The notes under the pieces: model-generated
Told to the model about the DNA's origin: nothing
Databases searched by the model: none
Seen by the model: the letters and a program-made list of their open reading frames with translations, nothing else
Position numbers and translations under genes: made by a program
Part shown: positions 40,301 through 50,900 of the stretch, piece after piece
Layout of the letters: the number at the start of each line of letters is the position of its first letter
How positions within the stretch are numbered: the first letter of the stretch is position 1
Virus record (IMG/VR): IMGVR_UViG_3300028844_002497
Location: 2,793 to 66,792 of that record
Reading direction: 5' to 3' (one strand)
Origin: a virus
DNA length: 64,000 nt

Positions 40301-43300
40301 TGTCGTACAATTTACAGTGATGTATGTAGACTTGTCCCCATCTGTTGAAAAATCAAAAAGATAATAAGTTGTACTTGTAGAAAGTCCTGATCCACCTGGA
40401 ACAGAATTAAAGACAATTGGCATGTCAGTATAAAAATTAAATGTTCCTTTATCTTGGTCACTTAATGCAATTCTGTTGTCTGTGTCTTGTGCATTATCTC
40501 CTGCAATAGTAGCATAGCATGTTCTGTCAAGTGTGTTTGTTAAAACACCTGTATTAATATCTGTATAGTATGCAGATGTATTATACATTGTAAACTTCTG
40601 TCCGTCAACCTGACCTGGTGATACAGGAAGTGATACATGCATTAACATGGAACCAGTTGCAGTAGTTAAATCTACTGTATCTTTTTGATTAGTTAATAAT
40701 GCTGATCCTGTTGTTACTGTAGTTAATGTTAACGGTGATACGTTTACACTGACTCCAATTTTCATTTCAGTCAGTGATACAATTTCATTTACATAGTACA
40801 CTGTGCCTGATGTAATTCCACCATATGATGTAAGTTTGTTTCCACTTGCATCAAGCATCATATTAAATATAACTGAATCATTTATTGAGAATCCAGTAGT
40901 ATCTGCAACAGTAATAACATCTGTTGAAGTAGTTGTAGCACTTACTGTAGTTGTCAGAGGCGTTGCTGAGGAACCTATTGTAATTGTTTCGTTGTCTACG
41001 ACAGTTGTTACATAGTATACGTCATTTTCTACTATGCTACCGAATACATCTCCTGTAAAGAACAATGATATGCCTGCATAAAATCCATCAGTTCCACCTG
41101 TGCCTATAACACTTTGCGGAAGTGTAATTTTGTTTGTTACTGCTTCAGTTGCTGTTGTTGTAAGCAAGCCGGGATAGTTAAGATTGACAATAGCAGTGTC
41201 TGTTACTTCACCTGCATATGCAAACATACCTGAACTTGATGCTGTTGCATCCGGTAAAGTTTTAACTGCTCCACCGGGTGTTTCACTAATTGTAAAGTCT
41301 GATACATTGACAACAGAGTGTACATAATAAACTTGCTCATCGACAATGCCACCAATTACTGCTCCAGTAAATTTAATTGGCATACCTACATAGAAACCAA
41401 TCGTTGAACCTGATGCGTTAAGTTCCCCATTATTTTCATCATAAGGATCTAATCTAACAAGATTACCTGTTGTTTCTGTTAATTCTACAGTACGTTTAAA
41501 TTCGGTGTACAAAATTTGCTGATCATTAGTAACGTCTGCAATTTCAAAGATTGCTCCTTGTGCTGATGCAGATATATCTGCTATTGGTGGTTGTGTTGCT
41601 TGTAATGAAATATCCGAACTTGAAACTAGTTCACTGTTAAAGTAATTACCTGCAAAGAACGCACCGTAAAAAACATTTGCTTCCCAATCTAATACTTGAC
41701 TTGAGTATGTAGTTCTATCGAAACGCATTGAGATTTCATTTTCTCTTGTAGGTACTGAACTTGTAATAGCAGATGCTTTTGCGCCTATATTAAGAGCAAA
41801 GTCTCCGTCTGTAGTTCCTGCACTAAGTTCTACTCTGTTTGTTTCGTTTACAGCATCATTATAACTAGTATACAATCCAACAATTGTTGTTGGAGTAGTT
41901 TCTAATACATTGATATAATACCATTGTTCGTTAACTAGTCTAGTTACAGTTGCTCCGGATGTTGTATCATCTTTGTATTGTATTAAATTACCAGTTTGCA
42001 AACTTGGTGCAAACAATTTAATTGTATGTAATGTAGAGTTAATGTCATCATTAGTAAAGAACAATTGTTCTGCTGGGGCAACATTAATTATTGGTAACAC
42101 AGCATACCCTTCTCCGGGATTTATTACGTTCACACTGATTACATTATCAACACTCATTACTGCTTCAAGTTGTGCTTCAACTCTTGGCGCCGGGTATTTT
42201 TCTAAATCAATGTATGCTGTTATCTTGGGTGGTTCTATATAATTTTTGCCACCGTCAAGTATTACCACTGCAGGTAAATCAATAATAATTTTTGCACCTG
42301 GTAAATGTGTTGCTGGAGTTGTTCCGTTTAATCCTCTTTGTAGACCGCCGATAGTATTTAAAGCACGATCAACAAAAGAATAACTAATAAGTTCGTTATC
42401 TATTTGTATTGTGCCATTAATTGGGAAGCCTTGTGCATTATCTACCATGATCAAAACTGAACCTATAGTCATGTATTCGTTGAGTTCAGTTATCTCATAA
42501 TTTGTTTGTCCAACTAACGACAATCCGTAATTATTATACCAATTAGAATATTGTTCTTTCTGCCATATTGCATCAGTTGGTAAGAATTCATTTACTCCGT
42601 CAACATTTGAATATACTAGTTGCGGAGAAATATAAGATTGCGTTGTTTCATTCCACTCAGCAGGCAAATCAAAGTCTGTTATGTTTCCTGGGTATGTATC
42701 GATACCTGTATACTTAAATAAGAAGTCTTTAATAACTACATGATAAGGTTTTGCTTCATTAATATATCCAGACAAGAATTCTTGGTTGTCTTGTTGATAA
42801 TTCTGAATTGGTTTAAGTTCTCTAATAACATGTGATACATCTACCAATGATGTTTTATTCAACCAAGGTAAATAGTTCTGTGATTCATCTGTCTCACTTT
42901 GAATATATTCAAATAGAATGATTAGAGATTTGTTTCTGAATTCAACTAACTCATCAATATAAATTTGTTCGTTTAATGCACGAATAATCCAACGTGTTTC
43001 TTCACTTGGATATTCATCAAAGTCTGTTGTGTCAAAGAAATTATCTCCGAAGCCTGTTTTGCCTGCGGCATAATCCCAAAGATATGTGTTAAATTGTATT
43101 GTACCATTTTCTAAACCTATACGTGTCCAAACACCGTTGCCATCAAAACGATACATTTCCCATTTACCATCACCGTTTGCTTCTACTGTGGCAATTGTTT
43201 TTACGTCTACCTTTAGTTTTGCTAGGTCTGCATATATTGCAACACTAACTGTTGATTTAGTATTGTTATTATATTGTCCTACTGGATTAGTTGTTGGCAA

Positions 43301-44983
43301 CCACCAGTTGACATATGTCCAATAATCCGCTGTATCATAATATGTACCACTAGCAAATAAATATGTTGCATCTTGTCTTGTTTCTGAGATTGGATATTCA
43401 GCAAGAACTTTGTTTGCATATTCTAAATAATTTTCTAGTCCTAAGAATCTACTAAAGAAGAAACTTTGTCTTGGTCGTGCTAACACTCCTGACTGTACTG
43501 CTTTTGGCAAGTAAGGATTAGGTACAACTTCACCTACTTCGTCAACACCTGACATAGAATCTAACAGACGATCATAAAGACCTTCTGGTCTGTTCGTTGA
43601 AGTTTGTGGACCAAACTTAGGTAGACCAGGTAAGAAATCATCTGGCTCGCCATCTTTAATTAAATTAAATTCTTGGTGTGAAGGATCATCATTGTTTCCT
43701 TCTGCAAAACCTATATGAAATATACTATCAGTTGTGTTTATATAAGATTGTGCATTATATAAAGCAAACGTATTTTGTAGTAAAGGTGTAAAATATGCAA
43801 TACCTGATCTTGTTGGTTGACCAATGTATCTTTGTATTGTAGTATCACTTAATGTTTTGCCTATAGATGTTTCTACGACATTTGTATTGCGTACCCAAAA
43901 GTAGTAGCAAGGTTGAACAGTGTTAGATGCATTAATATCTGCTTCAACACTATATTGTGTAGTTGTTTTTGGTGTACCCGGACCGTTATATTGTGCTGGT
44001 GGTCTAGTTGATTTGACCCATGTATAACATGCAACTTGAGATCCTGGGAACACTTGCCCCCAAAATCTAGCATTATATGATACATCATTTTGATGATAGT
44101 TTAACCACCTTACCTTTGATGTATCAAACCAAATATGTCCTATTTGATTTGTGCCCCAAGTTGCTCCCGAGTTAACTTCTCCAATTGCACTATTGTACAT
44201 TGCAGGGTCTACACTATTAACGTAATCAATATTTTCTCTGGCTGCTCCTAATAGTTTGCCTTGCATTGGATCCATATAATCTAAATTAATTAATGTATCG
44301 TTTGTTTCTGCACTATAGATTTGTGAATTTTGTATTCTGTTAATATCTACAATCGGTGCAGTTTGTCTATAAAGTACCCAGTCTTTAGCAGTGCCTGAGT
44401 TTTGGAACAATGTCATTTGTCCTTCTAAATCACCGACACTTAAATTAGGTGTACCAATGACAACTTGATTGTCAGTAAAGTCTAATGCGGTTGCATATTG
44501 AGGTTCAAATCCAAAAGTTTGTTCTTGGCTATTTAAATTTTGTGCATATGTAAACTTGCCAGGATCTGTAATTGATCCATTATAGTTTGCAAGATAGTCA
44601 TACATGTAAAGTGCGCCTGCATTATCCCATGTATCTACCCAACGAGTTGCATTGTTATCAAAAATTGTATCATTGTCTAAGTTTTCGTCATCAATAAAAT
44701 CAAATGTTGTTCCTAAGAATCTTGTAGATACCGGAGCAGAAATTACTACTGAATCATGCTCATTAAATTTAATTGTGTTACCAAACAATGTTCTACTAAC
44801 ATTATGAGGAGCATTAATTGTTTGTGTTTCTGTATAAATGCTCAATCCTAATTCTGTAAATGTATCAGTGTCTGGTGCTTGTAATAATAGTTTTTCATTT
44901 ATTAGTGATAAACTTGCATTAATAATTGAAATGATAAGTTTGCCATCGGATGCACTTGCAGTTATGTTTGTAATACCGATTGA
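34364..44983 (-). CDS. C-terminal part of a giant virion structural protein; ~15 YY[VI]-type beta repeats and a BNR-like propeller; frame open up to ~44983
   Basis: The reading frame continues upstream of the annotated TTG (44845) as IGITNITASASDGKLIISIINASL...; I see no RBS at 44845. Confidence 0.8.
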   Translation of the reverse strand, partial: SIGITNITASASDGKLIISIINASLSLINEKLLLQAPDTDTFTELGLSIYTETQTINAPHNVSRTLFGNTIKFNEHDSVVISAPVSTRFLGTTFDFIDDENLDNDTIFDNNATRWVDTWDNAGALYMYDYLANYNGSITDPGKFTYAQNLNSQEQTFGFEPQYATALDFTDNQVVIGTPNLSVGDLEGQMTLFQNSGTAKDWVLYRQTAPIVDINRIQNSQIYSAETNDTLINLDYMDPMQGKLLGAARENIDYVNSVDPAMYNSAIGEVNSGATWGTNQIGHIWFDTSKVRWLNYHQNDVSYNARFWGQVFPGSQVACYTWVKSTRPPAQYNGPGTPKTTTQYSVEADINASNTVQPCYYFWVRNTNVVETSIGKTLSDTTIQRYIGQPTRSGIAYFTPLLQNTFALYNAQSYINTTDSIFHIGFAEGNNDDPSHQEFNLIKDGEPDDFLPGLPKFGPQTSTNRPEGLYDRLLDSMSGVDEVGEVVPNPYLPKAVQSGVLARPRQSFFFSRFLGLENYLEYANKVLAEYPISETRQDATYLFASGTYYDTADYWTYVNWWLPTTNPVGQYNNNTKSTVSVAIYADLAKLKVDVKTIATVEANGDGKWEMYRFDGNGVWTRIGLENGTIQFNTYLWDYAAGKTGFGDNFFDTTDFDEYPSEETRWIIRALNEQIYIDELVEFRNKSLIILFEYIQSETDESQNYLPWLNKTSLVDVSHVIRELKPIQNYQQDNQEFLSGYINEAKPYHVVIKDFLFKYTGIDTYPGNITDFDLPAEWNETTQSYISPQLVYSNVDGVNEFLPTDAIWQKEQYSNWYNNYGLSLVGQTNYEITELNEYMTIGSVLIMVDNAQGFPINGTIQIDNELISYSFVDRALNTIGGLQRGLNGTTPATHLPGAKIIIDLPAVVILDGGKNYIEPPKITAYIDLEKYPAPRVEAQLEAVMSVDNVISVNVINPGEGYAVLPIINVAPAEQLFFTNDDINSTLHTIKLFAPSLQTGNLIQYKDDTTSGATVTRLVNEQWYYINVLETTPTTIVGLYTSYNDAVNETNRVELSAGTTDGDFALNIGAKASAITSSVPTRENEISMRFDRTTYSSQVLDWEANVFYGAFFAGNYFNSELVSSSDISLQATQPPIADISASAQGAIFEIADVTNDQQILYTEFKRTVELTETTGNLVRLDPYDENNGELNASGSTIGFYVGMPIKFTGAVIGGIVDEQVYYVHSVVNVSDFTISETPGGAVKTLPDATASSSGMFAYAGEVTDTAIVNLNYPGLLTTTATEAVTNKITLPQSVIGTGGTDGFYAGISLFFTGDVFGSIVENDVYYVTTVVDNETITIGSSATPLTTTVSATTTSTDVITVADTTGFSINDSVIFNMMLDASGNKLTSYGGITSGTVYYVNEIVSLTEMKIGVSVNVSPLTLTTVTTGSALLTNQKDTVDLTTATGSMLMHVSLPVSPGQVDGQKFTMYNTSAYYTDINTGVLTNTLDRTCYATIAGDNAQDTDNRIALSDQDKGTFNFYTDMPIVFNSVPGGSGLSTSTTYYLFDFSTDGDKSTYITVNCTTTSSSTNRITCDDTSSLWVNMPIVFTGVGLGNIVVGDEYYVKSIDNSTQFTISETVGGSTFVLQNDNGPMIGTGNPWIRLSTTKGGTQDVTLTDTNTNFSLSQTPTTDAIFDIGYKLGGYRVILSNAGEGYAIDNVITISGSEMGGASPLNDATLKVNSVDADGSIVSLIVSGDPNDLTTDYYLNVTGQNTLKVYSDARMTVPVSGIGFDFGGFTTTNVTDCTSGTDSITLTSVAGFSLNDEVIFEGTIPSNSIDAITSTSYYIKTIDTSTNEITISTNPGGSVVNVITTVSITGLTLSKAGSYAFLPEPFYFNPSIIKYLDRVYRCVISNNDPEFIIGKWEELRSDNRILNALDRVEGYYQPNINMPGIDINQLFAGTTYPNAVYLGNAFAPEDQFTVDTVLKDEPFYPTGVSITGVLWNGINYIASANFDKYSGVIASIEGQSWSTKQISNIVVNATDIVYGGGLYVMTTTNTATPVYRSNDGVTWTTNGWFTPFGALPYDTNPYSSTSLSIAAITLQSTAYRNNYYVSVGEGIVNSPDTYVWTERKTYDTPLAVTLYGVNSIDTTGFGGFIAVGKGKKYDYSTGVTELIDTNVIAFSYEPTGEYWENGPELTPNGLYGVASNGTIAIAVGENDVKYQTNNAGDWTGINEVGIVSVNESSNELNVTNTDGFANADPVRFTDSFGGLTANTTYYVNVVSSTQVEVFTDSGLTSQVTLVDAVIPLQARMYLYDATSDILRDIIYADNIWMTVGDNGRIQTSSNGLRWTTQTSGTTQDLNGITYASETDTFVVVGDNNVILQSTDSGVIWTSTGVFTVEAPVYDVKGSDFTDGYGPEELVPGLIKDNVNLTVVTRPGTVWDVTEYSHTGFNVVSKVVAPTQEFQVDYSFDQYVQYPIDMSLQIIDATTGLGTGLATSEYTINWVTKVITLNTALQFSPKQSLRIDVYEVGNGNQLVKGNTDTDPIREIASTGFDDIYLNCNYSATFFQGSGAIRTGTNAVEVEATETVAAGDTIVCASVTEFTTNESITFQGVVFGGVAEDTIYYVKSISTATNSITISESYDSSTGLAGPIKSLTDATGSMLVNIQIGTGTVWTDPLVYHNGARLVLGKTNTVSRTKASNNGITTGTTVGLSVGNKIQFAADMFGSDITPNSVYYIESIIDNNEFTISETDGGTVVSLTDSAGISSYVTNDYAIGIQPNGIQAKLVLANPTGYNNSDDYLVYSVFGDSGDPSQYGYSVPEIQQYVGNGSQASFPMSNYNGGTNPNNAIVELDGLRQTNTSYTVDDATNSVLFNSPPANGAKVSVLTYNNTERQYLTTQYGISGTSGSSFTTITVTATTHLEGTFDEDTPNVETYDQDTPTVVLYDELLDTLTCADTSVLAVDEPIVFSSPTIGGIVAGVTYYILEIIDATTFTISLQVGGTPVTVTTDTGSMVGSSNAITVANITNIETGQEEPLQVTQATATTVTSNEITFDTTTGFIVDQQIYFQGIDFGGLEQGQVYFVESIVSPTKATIKDQTGAQVVLSTATGLMVTTCGGNPTTRITTGIPHSLSTDQLVRLDGIYGAVELNGNSYYVRVFDQYRFEIYTQVYNPALDAVNYPVTGVSTYTSGGYVWRQGTFFLVTTQATATATTNRITCQDTSELVVNNEVIFTQQGQVAGASVLGGLTQGTTYYIKQILNSTEFTIGLTRNATVEVSLTNDTGVMNVTQWEQTNVERLWVTVNGYRLPTSRLRLDEDNEVSILTDIAPGDVVIMTNMIPHSTPDEEIYLNAVNQSGEQSVYRANTQSRTWLAQPIFPLSQVIYLGDVTRVTDNLVEQRTAPTPVNDIYSIGLTSDKNILSGVTVLNNTTGSTLDSDTYEVVIEELAPILKITDGTYISTGDSLTITSLEGNVLYINGEQIKFTSVDFDNNSVTGLQRGANGTAVQEYMAKYTEVFSLLSNNRLADLYIDQSWNSYNFNKVEGDPLSISETAPAQFLHTDIT

Positions 44984-47900
44984 TTAAATTTGCACATTGA
45001 GTTGCATTGTAGCCACTTGGTAGTACTACAAGATAACCATTAATTAATAATTTTCTTTCGGCAGTTAGAGCAGTATCGGTTGTACCTATTACAGTTCCGT
45101 ATTTGCCACCACCATTAGTATATCTATAGACTGTTCCGTCTGTTTGATCGGCACCATCTATTCTTATTTCACCGGGTGCTCCGATTAAAATTTCACTTCC
45201 GTATGAAGTCATATCAGAGTCATAGCCCATAAACACACCAACTCTGTCATCTGCATATGACACCATTGTTTGTACCCATTGCATCCTACGAGTGCTGATA
45301 GTAATAATATCTCCTGCTCTAATATCTCCAAAGTATCTAAAGTCTGCTGTTCCTCCACCGACACCATAGTTATCATCATCAACAACTGTGCCATTGACTG
45401 AAACTAGTAAAGGTTCTGTCTGTACTAAGACTGTAAATGAAACAGTGTCATCAGTAAAAGTTAGTGTCGTAGCACTTGATCTGCTTTCTTTTAATTTAAA
45501 TGTACTACCTGTAATATCGGACAAATAATAAACTTGATTAGGTGTAATGCCTGTAGTACCATAGTTACCACCTTCATTAAAGACTACTGGATCACCGTTA
45601 TTATAACCAGTCATTGATGCGTTTGCTGTAATCACACTTGATGTTACATCACTTGCAGTTCTACTTAAAAATAATGTTGTCCATGCTAATGGATACTGTT
45701 GTGGCTGATTAGGTATCGCAGTGTATTGTGATTCTATGTTTTGTACTAAACGTGAGAATACAAAGTTGCTTCCCCAATTTGTTTTATTAGTTGGGGATTG
45801 TGTTTCAGGCGCGCCAATCGATATAGTGTCTCCATTGCTATCACAACTTACAGAGAAACCAAATTTATCCCCTGCTATTGCGTTAACTGGGGCGACTGTG
45901 CCATCGATATCATCTATCGCCTCATATGAAATTTGATTTGCTGTTCCAGTACCTGTACCTACGCCGGTTGCATTGAAAATAATACCTACTTTACCTTCTA
46001 TTGCGCCAATGTCTTTCCATTGTTGATCGGTCGTATTTCCTAAACTTGTAATTTCGTATGTTTCACCTATATTGAAATAACCTGCTGTTAAAGGTATGCG
46101 TTGTCTGTTATAAACTTGTACCGAATTATTACTAGGGTTACCTGCAAAAATATAATTTTGATCATTACTAATTGCAAGACTTGTGCCTGAACTAAATGAT
46201 GAAGTAAAAGATTGCAGTGGTATAATATCGTCTGATAATACAGAGTCATTTAAAGTATAAATTCTAAGTGTTGATGTAGTTGGTGTGGTCTCAGGCTCAC
46301 TGATAACAAAAAGATTGTTAGAGTATGCGATTGCTGTACCGAATGATGTAGACTCCGTTATTCGATCTCCAGTGTCTTCATCAAATTGTTTTGATACAGG
46401 ATTTAAGCCATAACGATAAACTTTACCTGCGGCTGAGTCACCAATTAGATAACCCATTCTAGGTGTATATGCTACTGAACTACCGAACTCTTGTCCGTCA
46501 GCACGATTTAAATTGTTTGTTAAACTATAGTTGATTGACTTACGATATACTCCCCAGCCACCGTCACTTGCTTGATCTACCCAAACAGTATTCTTTGAAA
46601 ACTCTGCTTCGACTAAATCTAAATTTACAATGTCTCCTGGTTTTGCTACACGTTGATCCACAAATGATAATCCTAATCCTTGATTAGGTCTTATTGCAGA
46701 ACTCGGCTCTAGTGTCAAGTTGACTGCAACTTCTCTTGTATTAATAACTTTAGTTACAACATAATAGCCGTCAATGTTTGAGCCAACGCCAATAATTGAT
46801 AATGGATCTAACTTTGATAAAGTATGTCTTTCTTCAAATGTAATTGTAGTAGTGTTATCATTGTTTGGTTGAACTTGTGTAACTTGTCCAATTGGCTTAA
46901 CTGAATAAACTTTCCATTGCTCTTTGAAATTAGCAATCCACATGTAATCTCTTACATAAAATTGACTAATTGGAATTTGTTTACCGTCAATATTAACTGC
47001 TCTATTTTTTAATGAATTAAAATCATATGCGGCCATTTTAACATCATTGTAGTTTACAAATCCTGCAGTAGGGTAAAGACTTAATGGATCTTCACTTTTC
47101 AATGTAGATAAAATTTCAGGCCCGTCGATTGGTCTTGCATAGTTAAACAGATTATGTACTGATACTTCTTGCTGAGATCCTATCGTAGGCATCCCTTCAG
47201 TCAAAGATACAATTCCAGGATTACCTGTTAGTTTTGCTTGGTCTAATCTAAAGTCAACAAAGTTACTGTTTAGTGTTCCGCCAAACTGTCCAGATAGAAT
47301 AGCCCAGTTTTCATAAACATCATAATCAATTCCGCCTGTTGGTAATTGTGTTCCTTTAAAGGCTGATACTGCGTTTGTCGTACCTTTCGATTGAATTAAA
47401 TTTTTATAAACATTTACTTGAGTAATATCTGATAGATTTACACTTGCCAAATAATCTCTAGGTCTAAATCCGATAAGAGAGAACGACAATTGATCTGCAT
47501 CATTTTCTAAGTTTGCTTTTGTACTATTATAATACAACGTGCTTTCATAAGAACGTGTGGCAGAGTTAGGTAACAAACCCTTTTGTATGTCGTTGTAGTC
47601 TGTTTCTGCCCAATCAAGTTCTATAAACTTATCACTTGGTTGAATTGTTTTGTTGGCGATAAAGAATTTATTTTTATATTTGACTATCTCACCTTTTGCA
47701 TATTTGTATGCAGTTGTCCATTCTTTAATATTGTCTTGGTTAAGAATAAATCCAGATGCATTAACTGTTCCGTTCCATTCAGCAGTTTTAGTACCTCGTA
47801 GATAAATTCTATTTTGTTTTAGTCCTGTAATTAAGTTATAAATGACATCATTAAAAACTGTATTATTATCAAACACAATACCGTGTTCAATACTACTCAT

Positions 47901-50900
47901 ATTAAATTGACCATAACCCATAGTATCACCGACATTTAGGGTTTTTACTTGGAACTTGGTGTCTAATCTTTCTATTGATAAATCTTTAGTTGAAATAGGA
48001 TATAAGTTTTGATTTAATAAAAAGTTATCTTGTTCAATTGTTAATGGTTGAACGATGTCACTATCTTTTTCAATCTTCAAATCTTGTGCTGAAGGGTTAA
48101 CTGTCAGTAATGATCCGTTTTCCCAATTGAATTGTGTCCAATAGAGATATTCTCTGATCATTGTATTCCAATTTATTTCTGCACCATTTTCAATTAGATC
48201 AAACTTCATGCCTTTGCGTTGTAACCATGAACCATAACTTGCTAAGAATTGTGAAAGGGCTTGATATGTATAAAACTGTGTACCATATGGAACAATCTTT
48301 TCGTTTGGCGCAGTACTAGTGTAGTCATTTGCAATCTGAACTGTATATGAATCTACTTCAATCTTATTAGTATTTCCATTACTAACAGGAGTATCAGTTG
48401 TAAAATAGGCTTGATCTTGTGAACTACCGAATACTTTCCAACCATTTTGTACAATTTGAATTGTAACATTTGAAAATTTAATTTGATCGTTGGGTTGATT
48501 GTCATGTAGCAACACAGAATAACTTTCATCTGGTATTAACAATGATGAATTATCAGAGTTAGGTGTTGCTTTTTCAACAAAGAATTTTAATAATGTTTTA
48601 TCACTAAAACCTGCAAGTCTATAAATTAAACGAACATCTAAGTTGTTTAATAAAGTTGTAATTTCTGTAGTTGCATCAACACCCTGTTGTTTTTCATAAT
48701 CAACAATCCAGTTTATGTAACTTGTTTTTGCTGTTCCAGCGCCGTAGATGTCAATAGCACCAATATCTAAATGACTTCTATCATTTACTAGATATTGTTT
48801 GAATTCTGTGTTATACTTATAATTGTCTAAATCTGATCCCAAGTTAAAAAACTCAGCAGGCTTAGTTAATGCAAATATTCGCATCAAGTCAAATGGATAA
48901 GATGAACTTCTTCTGTATGAGAATTCTGCTGGGGCATCGTCTCCTACTTTCCAATCACGTTGTAATGTATTAGCATCATATGCACCTATTATTGCATCAA
49001 ATGGTGATCTAAGATCACCGTGGTCATCAACAGGAATAATTTTATTTAAGCCAGGACGTTTTAATTGATCGACAGTTATACTAGTTGTTCCACCTGTATT
49101 GTAAATAATACCTGCTTCAATGTCTCCCCACATAATTCCGTTTTCACTAGTATATGGAGCAGGGCCATAACGACTAGTCCACCAAGATGGCATTTCAGTA
49201 AACCCTAACATCTCCCATGGTGCTATGTCTGGCTGAGATGTACCATAAAAGTATTCATATACTCCTCTCCAATAACCCTGATCGATTGGTGTGCCGGTTA
49301 ATTTATTTCCTGACTGATAATAGTTCCAACTAAACTCATTACCTTTTGTAAAACCAGATTGAGTTTTATAATCGATTCTGTTTTGTCCAGCCCAGTTTAA
49401 AAACTGTGAACTATAAATTTTTAAATAATCTTCAGTCGAATATGTTGACTCTCTAAAGAATCCGGGTAACACTTCGTAACGTTCAATAGGAACAAGTGTG
49501 CTTAATTTAATGTTATTATAAATTCTAGTTTCAAATTCTAATAATGCTTGATCTCTAAAGTCCGTAAGACCCGTTGCAGGAGTATAGTCTAGTGTATACA
49601 AAGATGTATACGATCCGTCATGTCCTCTCAACATATATGTCGGCGTTTGATAGTTTGGATCTAATACGATTTCAGGTTTCCATCTAGGATACATACCTAA
49701 CTTACTAGGTGTATTAGGTACAAAGTTACCGTATGTTTGATTGTATTCTTTGATAGTAACAACATCACCTGCTTGTAAATCTTCTGTTACTGTTAGTGAA
49801 GGTGAAGTTGTCGATACAACATAATCTACGTCTCTGATTAACTGAGTAGTCTTTGTTACACCACTAGTTGTTCTTGTGAGATAAACTAAAACTCCTTTAT
49901 AGTTTGCTTCTGTAAAGTCATACGTTTGGGCTAGAGGGTAAATAGACTCTTGCAATGCGTTTGCAAACGTATATGTGTTTGTTTTATATGGTGCTTGTGA
50001 TGGTAACATGTCTGACCAAAAGAAAGAATCTCCTTCTGATTTTGCTGATACTATTTGCTCTAATGCTGTATCTAAAATATAACTAGGTTCAAATCTTTGT
50101 TCCCAATCAATATCATTTACAATCTTTACAAGTTGTTGCTTGTATTTTACATACTGCTCAGAATTATATTGTAATGCATTAAACAAGTTATGTTCTGACT
50201 TACGCAAAAATACACTCGGTAATACTAACGATGCAGAGTTTTGAATGATCTTTGTACCATATGGAACTAAGTTACCCAAGTCTCTTAAATTGTTAGAGCC
50301 AAATATTGTTCCAGTTGAATTAGGATTATTAATAAAGATATCTTGGTACTGTGATCTAATGTCACCGATGTCTGCAAGTTGTAAATCTGTGTTAAAAGGA
50401 TTATTGCTTAAGTTTATAGGTATGCTATAATAAGCAGTATCAGATGTTTGATTACTTAGTATTAAAATTTGTACTGGTGTATCTACTGTTGGTGCAGTAT
50501 TTAACGTAATCTTTGTTGTATTATCTGTCTCAGTAACTGTGTATGTAGATTCTAATTGATATGTATTGTTTACATACACTTGTATACGCGGCCATGAATC
50601 GTCCGCTTCTGGAATTACAGCAACATCACACGTAAATTCGGCTGTGGACCCTTTATTATATTCTAGTTCAAATATTTGATATTGAACTGAGGGGGCAAGT
50701 GCTGTTTGCCAGCCCAACTCACGTGTTTTTTCTGTGCGTGTAGAATAATTATATACGTAACCTGTATTAACTCTTTCAGTTTCTGGATTTGTTCCACTTA
50801 CATATGAGAATGAATCAACATTAAGAGAACAATCAAAACTAATATCACCCACATTGTCTACTGCTGAGTATCGTAAGGGGAAACCTAAGATTGCGTCATT

